The notes beneath the pieces were generated by a model. It did not search any database. It was not told the origin of the DNA and saw only the letters and a program-made list of their open reading frames with translations. Made by a program: the position numbers and the translations under genes. Below are positions 31,553-50,765 of a stretch of 64,000 nt of DNA, in pieces. The stretch lies in assembly GCA_009914755.4 (NCBI GenBank), contig CP068257.2, positions 23,296,001 to 23,360,000 of the forward strand. Reading direction: 5' to 3'. Every line of letters starts with the position of its first letter. Position 1 is the first letter of the stretch. Source of the stretch: the human T2T-CHM13v2.0 reference genome, Homo sapiens.

Positions 31553-31986
31553 TTTTGTATTGCTACACACAAATACCTGAGATGAGTAATTTATAGAGAA
31601 AAGTGGTTTATTTAGCTCATGGTTCTGCAGGCTGGACAGTTCAAGGACATGGCCATGATTTCTGGCAAGGTCTTCTGTGCTGCATCATAACATGGCAGAG
31701 AAGGTCAAAATGGAAGCAGTTATGTGTGAAGAGGAAAAACCTAAGAGGCATCCTGGCTTGATAGCAACTCATTCTCAAGGGAATTCATTAAGTTCCATGA
31801 GAACTTATTCAGTCTTGCCAGAGTGAGAACTCATTCACTACCATGAGAAGGGCACTAAGCCATCAGGAGAGATTTACTCCAATGATTCAGACAATTCTCA
31901 CTAGGCTCCACTTCCCAAGACTGCCATTTCAGGGATCAAATTTCAACATGAGGTTTGGTGGGAACAAACTCAAACCAAATCACAGC
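31553..31986 (-). mobile_element. MaLR LTR, MLT1-type, antisense
   Basis: tgttttgtattgctacacacaaatacctgagatgagtaatttatagagaaaagtggtttatttagctcatggttctgcaggctggacagttcaaggacatgg…aaatttcaacatgaggtttggtgggaacaaactcaaaccaaatcacagca has the same architecture as 16027-16352. Confidence 0.65.
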
Positions 31987-32429
31987 ATGAGGATATGATC
32001 AATGCAGATCAAAATTACTGTCTGATGTATTGGGTTCACTGTGTCAGGCAGAATGGTGTTTCCCCATAGGAGCCCGTTTTGAAGCCTCCATAGCTTATGT
32101 ATATATTAGATTAAATAGCAAAGGGGAATTCGAGGTGATAGATGGATATAAGGTTGCAATCAGCTGACTTCAAGACAGAAAATATTAGCTGACTTTAAGA
32201 CAGAAAAAATTATCCAGATAAGCAAAATATAATTATAAGAGGACTTCCAGCATGACTGTTGGAAAAATTATTCCCCAGTGAAACTGGTAAAAATTATTTT
32301 TTTTTAAAAAACAACTTTTTATAACCCCTGGAAATGATCCTAAAGGAATACAGCAAATGAAGAAACATCCATTCAATTAAATCTAGTAATATTCAGAATG
32401 AAAAGCAGGAGTGTGTAGTATTTAAGCAA

Positions 32430-34689
32430 AGTCCACTCTCCATTGCCCTCCCAGTTCAGAGATATTATCATAAGATATTAAAAACAATAAGATTTAATAG
32501 CTGACTTCTCCAATCTAGACTTCCTTAGCCAAGAACAAATGGCATCTTCTCCCACAGCTTCCAGTTGGAGAGCTTTCTTCTAGGGCAGAATGCAACATCC
32601 ACATTTCTTCTCCTACTGCCAGTTGTCTCCTGTTGCTGAGGTTGTTTCAGGTGAGAACAGTTGAGAGGCAAGGCCCCCTTCTTCACCCCACCCTCCACTC
32701 ATGGAACAGAGACTCCATTTCGGGCACAGTACCTTTAAAAATACTGGAGCCCCAGTTGCCTTACCCTGGATCATAAGTTTCCACACCAAGAAAACCAACT
32801 CATGAAGACCTCATGCTACAATCTCCACTTCCATTGGGCACTCAAGTTCAAAAGTAGGAGCATCACTCAGAGAAAGTATCCCATCATCTCAAACCTAACC
32901 ACAGAGGCCTAACTCAATATTTTACTAGAGGGAAAAGCAGGCCATAAAACTAATAGCTCCTAGTCTCTTCCCAAAGAAATTGACTTCACTTGCAACAGAG
33001 CACAGGGAAATTCTAGCCTATAGACATGGAGGTCATGGTGAAAAGCAACTGGGAGAAAATAGATTCAAGACATAGGCTGAACGGTAAGCCAGTTCGTTTG
33101 TAGGAGAGAACCTGAGAAAGAGAAAACTTAGAGAAAAAAATATACAACACTGATCTAAGAACCTCCTTCAAAGAAGCCCAAATCTGATTGTATTAGCCTA
33201 TAGAGCAATTTATAACCCAGGACATAGTTGAAAATAGTAGAGCAATCAGCCTCCAATTAATGGGGCATAACAGTTTGCTATCGTCAGGGAAAGAGATGAA
33301 GAGAGCCGTACCAAACCCACTATTGTCTCAAGGTGACTGTGGACATACCAAAAGCTGTGCCCCACTGAAGATTAACATCAGAGGTTTAACAGTGTGGGGT
33401 AGGAGAAAATAGACATCACTAAAATATTCCAGCCCTGAAAGGGAGGAGACTCATATGCAAAGTTGCCGTAATATATTATTCAAGAGGTCTAGTTTCCAAC
33501 AAGAAAATAATTAGGAATGCAAAGAAATGGGAAAGTATGACATATAAAATGAAAAAAGAAAAAGCAGGCAAAAGGAACTGTGAGAGCAGCCAGATATCAA
33601 ATTTAACAGGAAAGGCTTCATGGTAGCCATTTTAAGTATGTTCACAGATTGAAAGGGAACTTTGTTTAAAAAGTAAAGGAAGTCATGATGACGATGTCCA
33701 ACACAAGACAAAGTATCAATAAAGAGATAAAAATTATTATGGAAATTCTGGAGCTGATAAACACAAGAACTGAAATGAAAATTATACTAGATGGGCCCAA
33801 CAGTAGATTTGAATTGGCAGAAGAAGGAATGAGCAAACTTGAAGATAGACTCATTCAGATTATGCAAGCTAAAAAACAGAAAACATAAAAAAGAGAAATA
33901 AGGAGCCTCAGGGAAATCTGGGACACCATTAAGTGCATCAACATCCATGTCCATATCCACATCAGACACATCATAGTAAAAATGCTTAAACTTAAAACAA
34001 GGAGAAAATCTTGAAAGCAGCAAGAGAAAATTACAACAAAACAAAACTCCTCACTTTCAAGGGAACCTCAATACGATTTAACAGCTGACTTCTCAGCAAA
34101 AACAATGTAGGCTGGAAGGCAATAGGATATCATATTTAAAGTGTTCAGTTAAAAAAAAAAAAAAGCAAAACCTGTCAGCCAAAAATCTTATATCAGGTAA
34201 ATCTATCTTTCCAAAATTAAAGTAAAATAAGAACATTCCTAGATTAACAAAAACTGAGAGAATGTGTTGCTAGCAGACCCACCTTACAATAAACTCTAAA
34301 GGAGTTTCTTCAGGCTGACGGGAAATAACCCTAGATAATAATTTGAATACACATAGAAAAATAGGAGCTTCAATAAAGTTAGTTATATGATTCCACAAGG
34401 CAGTATAAATCTATATTTTTCTTTTTCTCTTGATTTACAAAGCAGTTGTATAAAATAATATGTTACAATGTATTGTTCGGTCTGTAACACAGAAATGTAA
34501 TAAATTGGTAATATGTTTGCTAATGACAGCACAAAGGAGGTGGGTGAGAACAAACCTACATTGGGCTAAGGAAATGACTGCAGATGAGTAAGTTAATAAT
34601 TATAACAAAGTATCATGAGTTTGTAGGTTTGTAATATTAATACATAAATATGTATAATACCAGTATAACAAAAATAGGGGAAAAAGAAT

Positions 34690-34690
<1 letters not shown>
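32430..34690 (+). mobile_element. LINE-1 5' portion including ORF1 remnant (sense), old subfamily
   Basis: ORF 33685-33888 (…NTRQSINKEIKIIMEILELINTRTEMKI…LEDRLIQIMQAKKQKT) and the region 34030-34330 (…LTFKGNLNTI.QLTSQQKQCRLEGNRISYLKCSV…KILYQVNLSFQN…) are homologous to L1 ORF1p. The upstream boundary is uncertain. Confidence 0.7.
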
Positions 34691-35335
<645 letters not shown>

Positions 35336-35339
35336 CATA

Positions 35340-38590
<3,251 letters not shown>

Positions 38591-38599
38591 TTAATTAGA

Positions 38600-38975
38600 T
38601 CTTAAAAAAACTTAAAGTAAGTAGAAGATGGAGGCAAAGGATGCACAGTTGAATAAAGAGAGTGATGACAGAAGCAAGGCATAGTGATGCAGTGTGAGAA
38701 ATGCTTAGCCTGCTTGTGGTGGCATTGAAGATGGAGGAAAAGGGTCATGAGACAAAAACCATGGAAAGCCTCCAGAAGCCAGAAGCCTCCAGAAGACTCC
38801 AGAAAAACAGAAGAAATGGGTCCTCCACTAGAGCCTCTAGAATGAAATACAGCCCTTTGTAGTTAGCCCAAGTGAAAACCATGTTGGACTTCTGACCTAC
38901 AGAATTATAAAATAAATCTGTGTTGTTTTAAGCCACTAAAAGTATGGTAATTTGTTACAGCAGCCATAGAAAACT
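38600..38975 (+). mobile_element. MaLR MLT1-type LTR, 3' half (sense)
   Basis: …ccatgttggacttctgacctacagaattataaaataaatctgtgttgttttaagccactaaaagtatggtaatttgttacagcagc matches the MLT1 3' end (…ttggacttctgacctccagaactgtaagataataaatttgtgttgttttaagccactaagtttgtggtaatttgttacagcagc). Confidence 0.75.
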
Positions 38976-38989
38976 AGCATGGATTAACT

Positions 38990-39440
38990 CTGGTGGTCAT
39001 TTTAATATGCCAGCTTGGATAAGCTACAGTCCCCAGTTATTCAGGGAAACACTAATCTATCTGCTGTTGTGAAGATATTTCACAGAAGTGATTACAGTGA
39101 ATAATCAGTTGACTTTAAATACTGGGGATCATCCTAGATAATTGGAGTTGACCTGATTCTATTAGTCAAAAGGCATTTAAAACAGAACTAGAAATTTCCT
39201 GAAGAAGAAATTCTGGATGTGGACAAAAAATTCACCCTGTGCTTGAGAGTATGACAAGCCCTTCCTGCTGTCCTGTCTACAGACTTTGGATTTGCCTGGC
39301 TGGTCCTCACCATTGCATTATCTAATTGCTTATGACACATTTTTAAATACACTCCTGGTCCTTGTTCTGATTCTCTGCTTCAACCCTAACTGACAGAGTC
39401 ACATTGGGAGTGTTTGGTGGTAACTGTTCCAATAGCTCTT
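38990..39440 (+). mobile_element. MaLR MLT1-type LTR, 5' portion (sense), immediately downstream of the 3' half above
   Basis: …tgtgaagatatttcacagaagtgattacagtgaataatcagttgactttaaatactggggatcatcctagataattggagttgacctgattctattagtcaaaaggcattt resembles the MLT1 5' region (…tgtgaatatgttaccttacatggc…gatgtgattaaggttaag…ggggagattatcctggattatccaggtgggcccaatgtaatcacaagggtcctt). Boundaries are approximate. Confidence 0.5.
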
Positions 39441-40404
39441 TGTGTCAATTTGTTGTATAATCATCTGTTAGAACTTTTCCTGGGAAGGCAGCTGCATAGC
39501 ACTTATGACAATGATTGAGCAATAGGACATCAGTCTCCTGTGATCACACATTTGAGCACCATAACCATGGGGAACACTATGAGAAGGCTTATGATAAGAG
39601 TCCATAGTTAATTTTGAAGATGAAAGTCAAGAGAGTCATATTAAAGCAAGAGAATAAAACTCCTCATTTATTGCTCACAGAAAAAGATGTAACCAAATTA
39701 ATTTAACTGGTTGTTGACAAAGATATGTAATTTTATGTCTTTGTTTTGTGAGCCTTTTTGTAGATTAAGGCAACCTGAGAGAGATGAAGCTATAAGCACA
39801 ATAGTCCTCTAAGACAACAAATACTTTACTCGCAAAGATCGGTGATAAATCTAAGACACTTTTATTTTGAACCATTCCCTGCCTGATTTCATGCCAGAGT
39901 GCTAAAGCCATAGTGACATGATCTAGTTGTTCTTCTATTCTATGAATTCTAGTCAGGATTTTTCTTACTTTTAGAGAATCATAAAATAAAGGAAAAAGCC
40001 AAAAACCTTTTTCAATTATTAAAATTTTCAAAGTCCAAGTTTCAAATTTTTTCCTTCTTAATTTAAATTATCTAAAGATATCTTTTTAGTAGGGAGAAAA
40101 ATAGAGGCTGAAAGAGATCCTGGGTGAAATCATGGATGCTGTGTGACAGTCTTCAGATCATGGATCTCGTGAGGATAACAGCCAATATGTTGCATGCCTC
40201 AAATCCAATATCAGCCATTAGTGACTAGTAATTTGTTTTCAGCTAGAACACCACATATTCTATTGTGAAATATTATTTTAATAATTTTCTGTCATTCTTC
40301 AAGAGTCGTCAGCATCAGGCAGCATTAATTGTAGTATAGAAAAGGTAGAGCCATTGTACAATGTGGTGATTATAGTTTAAAACAATGTATAGTCATTCCT
40401 CTTT

Positions 40405-41035
40405 TATCCACAGGGGATAGGTTCCAAAATCCCCACTGGATGCCTGAAACCACAGATTATTCTAAACCCTATGTAAAATTTTTATTTTTATATACATACA
40501 TATCTATGATAAAGTTGAATTTATAAAGTAGGCACAGGAAGAGACTAGTAATAACAATAATAAAATAGAACAATTATAACAACATTCTGTTCACAATTTA
40601 ATGGGCAGAAAATTCATTTTTACCATAGATCGTAGAAAACTCAGCATGATTTCTTTTCTTTCCTTATTAAGTAGAGAACTTTCACCTTGTCACTTACAGG
40701 AGATGCCTAACAGTTTCTCTTTGACATATCTGAATTGTGCTTTAGGGACATCATTAAGTAAAATAAGGATTACTTGAACACAAGCACTGTGATACTGCCA
40801 CAGTTGATCTGACAAGCAAGATGGCTACCAAGGGCTTAACACACGAATACCACATACAGCATGGATACACTGGACAAAGGGATAATCCCTGTCCCGGGAG
40901 GGACAGCATGAGATTTCATCACGCTACTCAGAAAACTTATTAATCGTTTAGTTCTTGAGTTTTCTATTTAATTTTTTTGACTGCAGTTTACTGCAGGTAA
41001 CAAAAATCATGGAAAGAGAAACTGTAGATAAGGAG
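40405..41035. mobile_element. Tigger-like (Tc1/mariner pogo-group) DNA transposon fragment
   Basis: tccacaggggataggttccaaaatccccactggatgcctgaaaccacagattattctaaaccctatgtaaaatttttatttttatatacatacatatctatgataaagttgaatttataaagtaggcacag…ctgcagtttactgcaggtaacaaaaatcatggaaagagaaactgtagataaggagc matches the characteristic Tigger-family end regions recalled from memory. Orientation not assigned. Confidence 0.55.
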
Positions 41036-43243
41036 CATTACTTTAGTATATACTTGAAAATTGGTAAGAGAGTAGATTTTAAATGTTCTCAGCACAAAAA
41101 TAAGATAAGTATGTGAGGTAATGGATATTTTAGTTTGATTTAGTCATTCCACAATGTGTGTGTGTGTATGAATATGTATCACAAAATTATGTTGTACACC
41201 ATAACTATATATAATTTGTATTTGTCAATTAAAAAAATAAACATTTAAAGATAAATAAAGGAGACATTTGTTCACTATAAAAAAGAAAAAAAAACTTTGG
41301 GTACATCTAAGTCAATAAATGAAGTTGAAAATGTAGTATAGCTCTCTTATAAGATATGTAAAAGTAATACAGCCTCCAAATATACATTATCTATTTCCTT
41401 TTATTTTTCCGGGTCTGTTTTTCTGAAAGTTCTGTTACAAAGGCTGGTTGCTACAAAGTCCTCTTTCTAAATATGATGTATAGGTTTAATCCTGAATTTT
41501 AAGTGTAGAAAAAAGAGAAATACATATAAAGATAAAGAATAATAGCATGCAGATTAAAGTATATGACAAGCTATGTTTAGATTATTTGAATATCGTTCTG
41601 TGTGCCTTGGATCAACAACTTCTTGCAGTTGCCAACTTGTTACAAAGATTATGGGTTGAAGCTGTCACCTAAAGATTGTCCACTTCTAGAAGATTCTTTA
41701 AAATCCTCATTTTGAGGTTTCTAGTTGGAACAGTTTTCTAATTCTTTGAGGATGAATTCTCTTCTCCTAGTAAAGTATATCCAAGAAACAAGTGTACTTT
41801 TAGAGTTATGCTAACTAGTTACAGTACTTGATGAGATGTTTTCATTAGAGTTCAATAACCCTATCTGGTATCTCTTCCAGAAGACAAGATCTTAACATTT
41901 CAGACCATGTAAGCATTATTTAGGAGGATGTTGAAGAAATACTGTATGTATTGATGATGATTAGGTGCATTTTATGAGTTCTTTGCAGTATCAGAGGATG
42001 TCTGCTTGAATTTGACCAGAATGTAGAATCAGAGTAAATTTCTAGGTGTAAGAGGCAGTCTGATTTCAATTCAGAATGGAAGAACAAATAAGATCCTAAA
42101 AATAGGCAATTTCTTTGTCATTAAAAACAATGCCAATACTCTTTGGATTCCTATAATGTCTGAAAGCTTTGTTGATGTTTTAGCTTAAGAATTAATTGTT
42201 CCTTCTATCATTTCTGAAGATTGGGATAATATGGGCAGTAAAGTTTCTGAATAAGCAGCAAAGTGTTGAAAATCTTGTTAGTGACAGTCCCAGTAAAATG
42301 GGTATCTCTGTTACTGCAGAGATAGGTTGGAATTCCCAGAATGGGATAACAAAATCAAGTGGTATTTTTGCTAGTATCAGATCATAGCTCTTTCAAAGAA
42401 AAGCTTCAATCCATCACCAGAATTAGAAAACACTGACAAACATATTCAAAATCAGTTGTGGAGGATAGTAGGACAAAACTTACTTGGAGATGTCCCGAGA
42501 CATTTTTCTATTTTTTAGCTATTTTTCATTTTTCTTCTTTATAATTTTACCAGGACTATGCTGCTGGCGATTGGTGAGATTTTCATCAGCGGCATCGTCA
42601 ACAATTTGGGTCAAACGTTTCAGTAATGCTAGTTGACTACTGCAGCCAAATTGTCCTTGCTATAGTCAGTCAATGCTTTCATTAAAATTTTATGAAAGTT
42701 TCTATTCAAGATTCTCTGGTGCCAACAAACTCCTGAAAGGGCCAGAGATTATTCTCATGCAATTTGCAAGGATGTTTTTTTCTGGTATTTCTTTCTGACA
42801 TTGGAATCAAAACTAGCTTTAAACCATTCAAAGTATTTGGCCTCTTGGACTGTCCTGAGAGCAAGGATTTTTCTCATGGTTTTCTACCTAAACAGCCATG
42901 AATTTTACTTTAACCTCTATGTTATTTACTTTTGTGTACATTGTTGACATTCCCAGTAAAATGCAAAAAAAAAAAAAAAAGAATGTTTATCTGAAGGACA
43001 CTAAAGAAGGTAGAACACAGATTTACAACTATAATGTAATGCAGAAGATAAAATAGTACTTTTATTCAAAACCACAAGAGTGGAATAACTATTTTATTAT
43101 GTCCTTGAGGTGCTTCATACATCAATATCCTCTCCAGGTGACTTTCTTCCGTAGGAAGACAAAATTATTACACAGATAAGTGCAAGCTATGATGAGCTCC
43201 TACTTCTTTAGACTTTGAAATATTGGTTTCAGTGTTTCTTTAG

Positions 43244-43673
<430 letters not shown>

Positions 43674-43931
43674 GCATCTGATAGTTTTAATGTAAGGTCA
43701 GTAAAACATATTCTAGATCCATTTATGCTTTTGTCCAATGGCTCTTTCAAAATATTCATGGAGGTGTGAGAGATGTGGTTCTCATTGAGGTGTTTGCTTG
43801 CATATCATATTCTCCATTTAAAGCTGAAGATAATTTCCCTCATCAAAAAGACTGATCCTAAAGCTAGTTTCACATGTACTTTAGGATCGACTGCTTAATA
43901 CTATCCAAAGACATTTAAATGCCTATGGCTG

Positions 43932-44165
43932 ATATCTCCAATGGGCTCATTCTTCCTTTGCCTATAGGCCCAAATTTTATTCCAGACTATTTTCATAGAA
44001 GAGATTGGAGGTAGCCTTCAAAAAATCTTAGAGTTGTTAAAATGCATACTATTATCTCCAATGGGCTCATTCTTTCTTTACCTATAGGACAAAATTTGAT
44101 TCAAGTCTATTTTCGTAGAAAAGACATTGGAGGTATCCTTGAGAAGATCTTAACCAGTATGTATA
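43932..44165. repeat. ~110-125-bp diverged tandem duplication (2 copies, ~85% identity)
   Basis: Copy 1 'atctccaatgggctcattcttcctttgcctataggcccaaattttattccagactattttcatagaagagattggaggtagccttcaaaaaatcttag'. Copy 2 'atctccaatgggctcattctttctttacctataggacaaaatttgattcaagtctattttcgtagaaaagacattggaggtatccttgagaagatcttaacc'. Confidence 0.85.
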
Positions 44166-47100
44166 GCTAATTCCAGTGGTTTTTGATGTAATAAGTAGAC
44201 TAGGGTAGTCCTCTGAGGACATGCTGAGGAACTTCCCACTCTACCTTTTCCATTTCATAGCTTGTACTTCTTGTACTTAAGGTCTCTACTACATTAAGCA
44301 AAAATTGGTATAGAGTATAAAGCTCTACATCTTCTTAGAACTAAATTATTCTGTGAATTTGTGAATTTCTTTCTTTCATGTCTTGGCTTTGGAAAGTTCT
44401 TTACAAGAATGAGACTAGGGCTTAAAATCAGCCCTAAGAAGCTACTCTAATTTGAAAGAGGCAATTGAGTTGTGAGGGTTTCTTGTAGAGCAGAAGGGAA
44501 AGGAAGTAGGTCAGAAGTGGGGGGGTCAGAGTGTGATGTAGGATCATAATGGAAGGAAAAGAAATGTGGAAGAAATCTAGTAGATTTGAAATGTGATTTA
44601 GGAAGATAAAAGAGAAAGATAGTTTCATGTTTTTTTCACATTTTTTCTTCTGACTTAGCTACACATTTTTTTACAGAAGTAATTTTGGAATCTGAATTTT
44701 TTTGGAAGCTTCCCCTAGTAATAAAAAATGATAAACATAAGAGGTTTGGAATTTTGCCCCTGTTTTGTTCTAAGGCACTTCTCAAATGAATAATTTTTTT
44801 CATAGCAGAAGCCCCTCCCCCCAAATATTCATTGTAATCCTTAATTATCTTTCAAGAAATTACGGTATTTAGAAAGACAAATACCTAATTAGTGTTATAG
44901 TATGGACACGTAAAAGAAGGTGAAGTCTGTCCCGGAGATGGCATAGACTGACAATCTGATAAATTCATAATTCTTCTCGTGTTCAGGAGTTTTCAAAAAG
45001 TTTCTTCCTGAACCAAACTGTCACAGAAGAATTTAGACAAGACTGTGGCAAGGTGTAAAAAGGCTTTGACAGATAGCCCAATGCAAACGTTTTCCATAAC
45101 GCCTGTCTGACATGGCTTTCTGAATTTATCAGCCCTTAGAGTGAGCTTCAATGAATGGATTTATTAGGTCTATGTCCAATCTCTTCTCTAAGACCTTGGT
45201 CTTATAAGCTTATATCAGAGTATGACAAAGACCTTCCCACTCCATCCCCTAGAAAACTTAAAAACACAGCAGTGTATTACGAGTTAAAGACGGGACCCCT
45301 CCAAGGATGGGAATTTCAAACCTGGTTACAAAATCAACTAATTCCAATATGCATAGAATTGAAAGAAACTAAGCAGTTTGGAGCCTAGGAACCTGAAAAA
45401 AAAAATCAGAGCTCAGACCCAGTCCAAAACTTAGCTCAGTACAGCAGTTGTAGAGGCTCCTGGGAGGATGTTCCAGGCACCTTCACAGAGAATGTTGTTT
45501 AGGATTGAGGATCTCGACCTGTGGTAGTGAGGGGGTTTCAAATGGAGCTACAAAACCTCCAGAATTACCAACTGTTGAATCCTCCAAAGACCAGGAAAAA
45601 AACAAAACAAAACAGGAAAACACTGATCAAGCAAAACTAAACTTTAAAGACTTACTGCAGTCAGAATACCACCTAACAGAGTCTTAACAGTATTTCAGTA
45701 ACTGAATATTAGAAAAAAGTAGGTATAATCTCCTAGGGCCTGAGCTGGGCTTTTCTAAGGCAGATCTTTCAAATTTGAGAATTAATTGGCATTGACAGAA
45801 TTTGTGACTTAATAACTTCAAATTGGTATATACAGCAAGATGAATTGAGTTTTGAGCAGCATACTACTAGCATTGATAAATAAACTATTTCAGTTGGCTC
45901 ACTCTTATCTTCCAGGAATGAATATTTTCTGGGGAAAGCAACTAAGTTATTTTTGCTTGGCCTCAGTGTAACATAGAAACAGAAAAATTACCTGAACCCA
46001 ATAGATGTATTTTTTAACACAAAGATAGGAATTCCTGTTGGTTTCAGTTCTTTGCATAAAGCATTGGTGTCCTCAACATATCAAATTTATTTCTCCCATT
46101 GTTTTTAATGTATTTTTCCCAGTTATCCATTAAAAATAGGTTATCTTTTCAGTGGTTACTAATATTGCCTTCCTTCCATCAATTACAATCATCCCATGCC
46201 TCTGATTTTATGAAAAGTTTCTTAACGGTAGAATTTAGGATTTGAGAAACATTTATTATTTTGAATGTCACTGAAAGCTCTACAAAGTGAAACCAAAGTA
46301 AAAATTGAGGATCTGAATCATAATTAATGGAGATTTAGCTCAAGTGTTTACCCAGATCCTTCCCCTAATCTCTGGATTTCAAGTGAACACAATTGCATAA
46401 ATCCCTTTAATGGTCCATTTTTATGCTAAATGCTCTGCTTTCCTGCTTCTTTCCTACACGCCTACACTGCCACACCAAATTCATTCAAGACCAGGTCGCC
46501 CTATCTAAATCCCTCTTCCCCAACCATCAGGGCAGATTGGTTAAGAAGGTACAAAATATTAAAGAGATTGGGAACTTAGCTGATTTTATTTTCCTTCAGC
46601 TGGTGCCCAGAGTGATACATCATAAGATTCTTGGCTTTTCTGCCTTCTCTGCTTCTGAAAAACCCCAACTAATCTTTTCTAGATCCTGACAATCCTCAGG
46701 ATCTCTAAGCAGCTTCCTCTCCCAAAGTGCAAACACCATAAACAGTAGTATCTCTTTATGCCTCAAGCAGAGGAATGCTTTCTGCCTGGATGACATTTTT
46801 TTAGTTGACCATGATCTTAAGGAGACCATAAAACTCTTGGTTCCCCAAGGGTAAACCTTTGCTTTGAGCCATATCCATGTATCTCTTATTCAAGATGTTA
46901 TTTCAACTTCCTTACTGGCAAAGAAGACTATGGTGTGTCACCTCTCCAAGAGACAAGAGAAAAACTGTCTTGCATGCCTAAACACTATGGTCAGTAACCT
47001 CTATTGGCCATTTAAACTTCTGAATACCTCACAACACAAATATGATTATTCTTACTATTTGATACTTGAGAAAATAGCACATTAGAATGTTAAAAAGCTA

Positions 47101-47215
47101 CTTTTGGTCACATTGCTAGTGAGTAATATGGACAGAATTGGAAGGCTATGCTCTTTTTATTACACTGCTATGTCATCATTGGTAGAACTTTCATGAGTCC
47201 TTACCCTGCATAAGC

Positions 47216-47272
47216 ATCATCATTATTATTTTTATTATTATCATCATCATCATCATCATCATTATCACTTAT
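47216..47272. repeat. (ATC)n/(ATT)n trinucleotide microsatellite
   Basis: atcatcattattatttttattattatcatcatcatcatcatcatcattatcac. Confidence 0.9.
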
Positions 47273-47548
47273 TCTTTCACTTCTCACAGTTATTCCCTAG
47301 GCTACTTTCTATTTAAGGAGGTAGGCAGACTTTCTCTCCATTTCCTTATTTGAGGATCACAATCTCTTTACTTCAAGATAATTTAATATTACTTTGAATC
47401 TGGGGGAAGTGGCATGTAAAGGACTAAGCTTTATTTATGTTGAGGGTGAGAGAGAGGGAAAACTTACAAGCCTAGGATCAACAAGACAAAGTTGGCATCT
47501 TCCACAGAAGGAGCACCAACCTTTTTTGTTGTTTTTGTTAATTAGTAG

Positions 47549-47946
<398 letters not shown>

Positions 47947-50133
47947 CTTCCTCTATTATTGATATCTTGCATTACTGTGGTGCATTTGTTACGTTGCTAA
48001 ATGAACCACTTGTTAATTGTGAAATGAGCCAATATCAATACATTATTGTTAATCAAAGTTCAGAGTTTATATAAGAGTTCACTCTGTATGTTGTATATTC
48101 TATGGATTTTGCAAACATACAATAACATGCGTCCACCATTGTAGTATCACACAGAATAGTTGCATTGCCCTAAGAAAAAAAAATTCCTGTGTTCCACCAA
48201 TTTATCCTTCCCTTCCTCCCCATAATGCTCTGGTGACCATTGATCTATGTACTGTCTCCATAGTTTTACCTTTCCTAAAATGTCACATAATCAGAATCAT
48301 ACAGTACATTCATCTTTTATATTGGTTTCTTTCACTTAGCAATATACAGTGAAGGTTTCCTCACATTTTTTCATGGCTTGATAGCTCATTTCTTTTTAAT
48401 ACTGAATAATTTTCCATTGTATGAATGTACCACAGTTTATCTATTATTGATGTACCAGAGTTTATTTATTCTATTGAAGGATGTCTAGGTTGGTTCCAGG
48501 TTTTGACAATTTCTGTAGCCCTTTTTCTTCTCCTAACTCCATCAATTTCATGCTGCCCATCCTTCATTTACTGCCCCATCCAATATAATTGCCTCATTTC
48601 TCTCACACTGTCCAAATATCCTTTTACTTCCCTTAATCTCTGCTTCAGGAGGAAGATTCACTGAGTGCCATCTTCAAACTGCGCTTTGTACCTTTACAGA
48701 GCTGTTTCCATCTGAAATGCCTTCCTCCTCTAAAATCACGAAATGTGTATTTGTGCGTGTGTTTGTGTGGGTGATACTCAATATATATTTATAAAGCTTA
48801 CCTACAATTTACATATTGTTTCTGAAAGACCAAATTTTCAATGAATTTTCTTGACAAGTGTATCTTCTTTTTTGTCATAGTCAAAGTCAAGGGATGTAGC
48901 CCGTTTTCTGCTGTGAAGCATTCCGTGATGTTGCCGACTAGCCAGGCATCTGAACATCAAATTATTAGCACGTTTTCTAGTCTCTGTTGCTCTCAGTAAT
49001 AACACCAGCTCTTAACTTAATCTGCACTAGGACATAAATTTATTATGTTAGAATTTGCCCAACACTGTCCTAACTGCTATTTGTTTTAAACATGCCCAAA
49101 AGGCATGAGATTGGAAAGTTGATTATTATTACCTCATTTTTTTTTTTTTTTTGGATGAGAAAACAAGAACTCAAGAGATTGTGACTTTCTTACAAGGGAG
49201 GGAAGATAAGTATTAAACTAGATCCTGTAAACTCATGCTTACAGTTTTGTTTTTTTCTTAAACAAACCTGACCTCTGCTGCTTCTTAAAGAACCAAACCT
49301 GTGTTTGTATGTATTTATCATACCTACATTTTGTTAACCTTTTTTGCATGGTTAAGTCAGAATCTTTCCTGAACTCAAAATTGGCCAAAAAATAGTTTTG
49401 TTTCATGCAACCTCTATGTCAAAGTATGAACTCAAATCTGAGCTACTACAATTATTACTTCATATACACCAACACACACACACAAGGAAATGATGAGCAT
49501 ACTAAATCAAATACAATTTTATTTCCTAATGAAATGAGCTAAGCATAAATATGACAAAGTGTGCAGTGGAGAATAATTATCAGCCTTCCTTTATAGACAA
49601 CATCAGGCTCGGCAAAGTCAATTTGAATATAAATGCAAAATATGTTGAGAACACATTTAGAGAAAAGCAATAATAGTTACTAAAATAGACTATTAAATTA
49701 TCTTTTAATAACTTTATAATAGCAAATGTAATACTGTGAAAAAGCCCAAGATCTCTAATAAAATCAGGCGAGTCTGATTTGCAAAAATAAATAAGATTTA
49801 AATCAGGTTAAATTTTATAAGCAGTGCTATAAAGTGAATTTGTTCTGCTATAGTATCTGCTAGATAGGAGGAATAGTTTGAACAACTAAGTTCTTTCAAA
49901 TTATCAAGTGTAAGAAATATGATAAGCATGAAAATACACTTAAAGCATGTATGTATAGATGATACTGGCAGTAGTAGTTGTATTACTGTATGTTGCCTAT
50001 ATTTAGATCTGATTTAGGATGTTCATGTGGTATAAATTTTAAAATATGGTTGATATTGAAAAAGGAGCATATTTGTATGAGTGTGTGTGGTTGTGTGTGT
50101 GTGTTTTACTATGCAGGATTTTAATATTTATAA

Positions 50134-50455
<322 letters not shown>

Positions 50456-50765
50456 CAAGATATCCTTTATGTGCCAGCAGCTAATATTTGGAGCTGATAC
50501 TCTAAATACAATGTTTGAAAAGAAAAAACAAGAAAAGAAAAACAAATGTGCTCATTTAAGATTAGATTTGTGCTAAGAACATATGGATATATTGTGAGTA
50601 TAAGTGATTATGGGCATAGATACAATTGTCTCACTTTGGAATATACTGTTCTAGAAAGGTGACTGTAGCAGATTGCAAGAATGACTCCAATTTGTCACTC
50701 CCTCCTAGTTTCATCTTTTACCACATACTTTGCAGCATCCTCCATGCTGTAAAGTAGAGGATGCA

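Noticed and set aside
45155-45690. Two short ORFs (45155-45388, 45505-45687) in unique sequence with vaguely Gag-like charged composition
   Set aside because: No convincing similarity to retroviral Gag or any known domain recalled, and no adjacent LTR structure. Most likely chance ORFs in AT-rich DNA.
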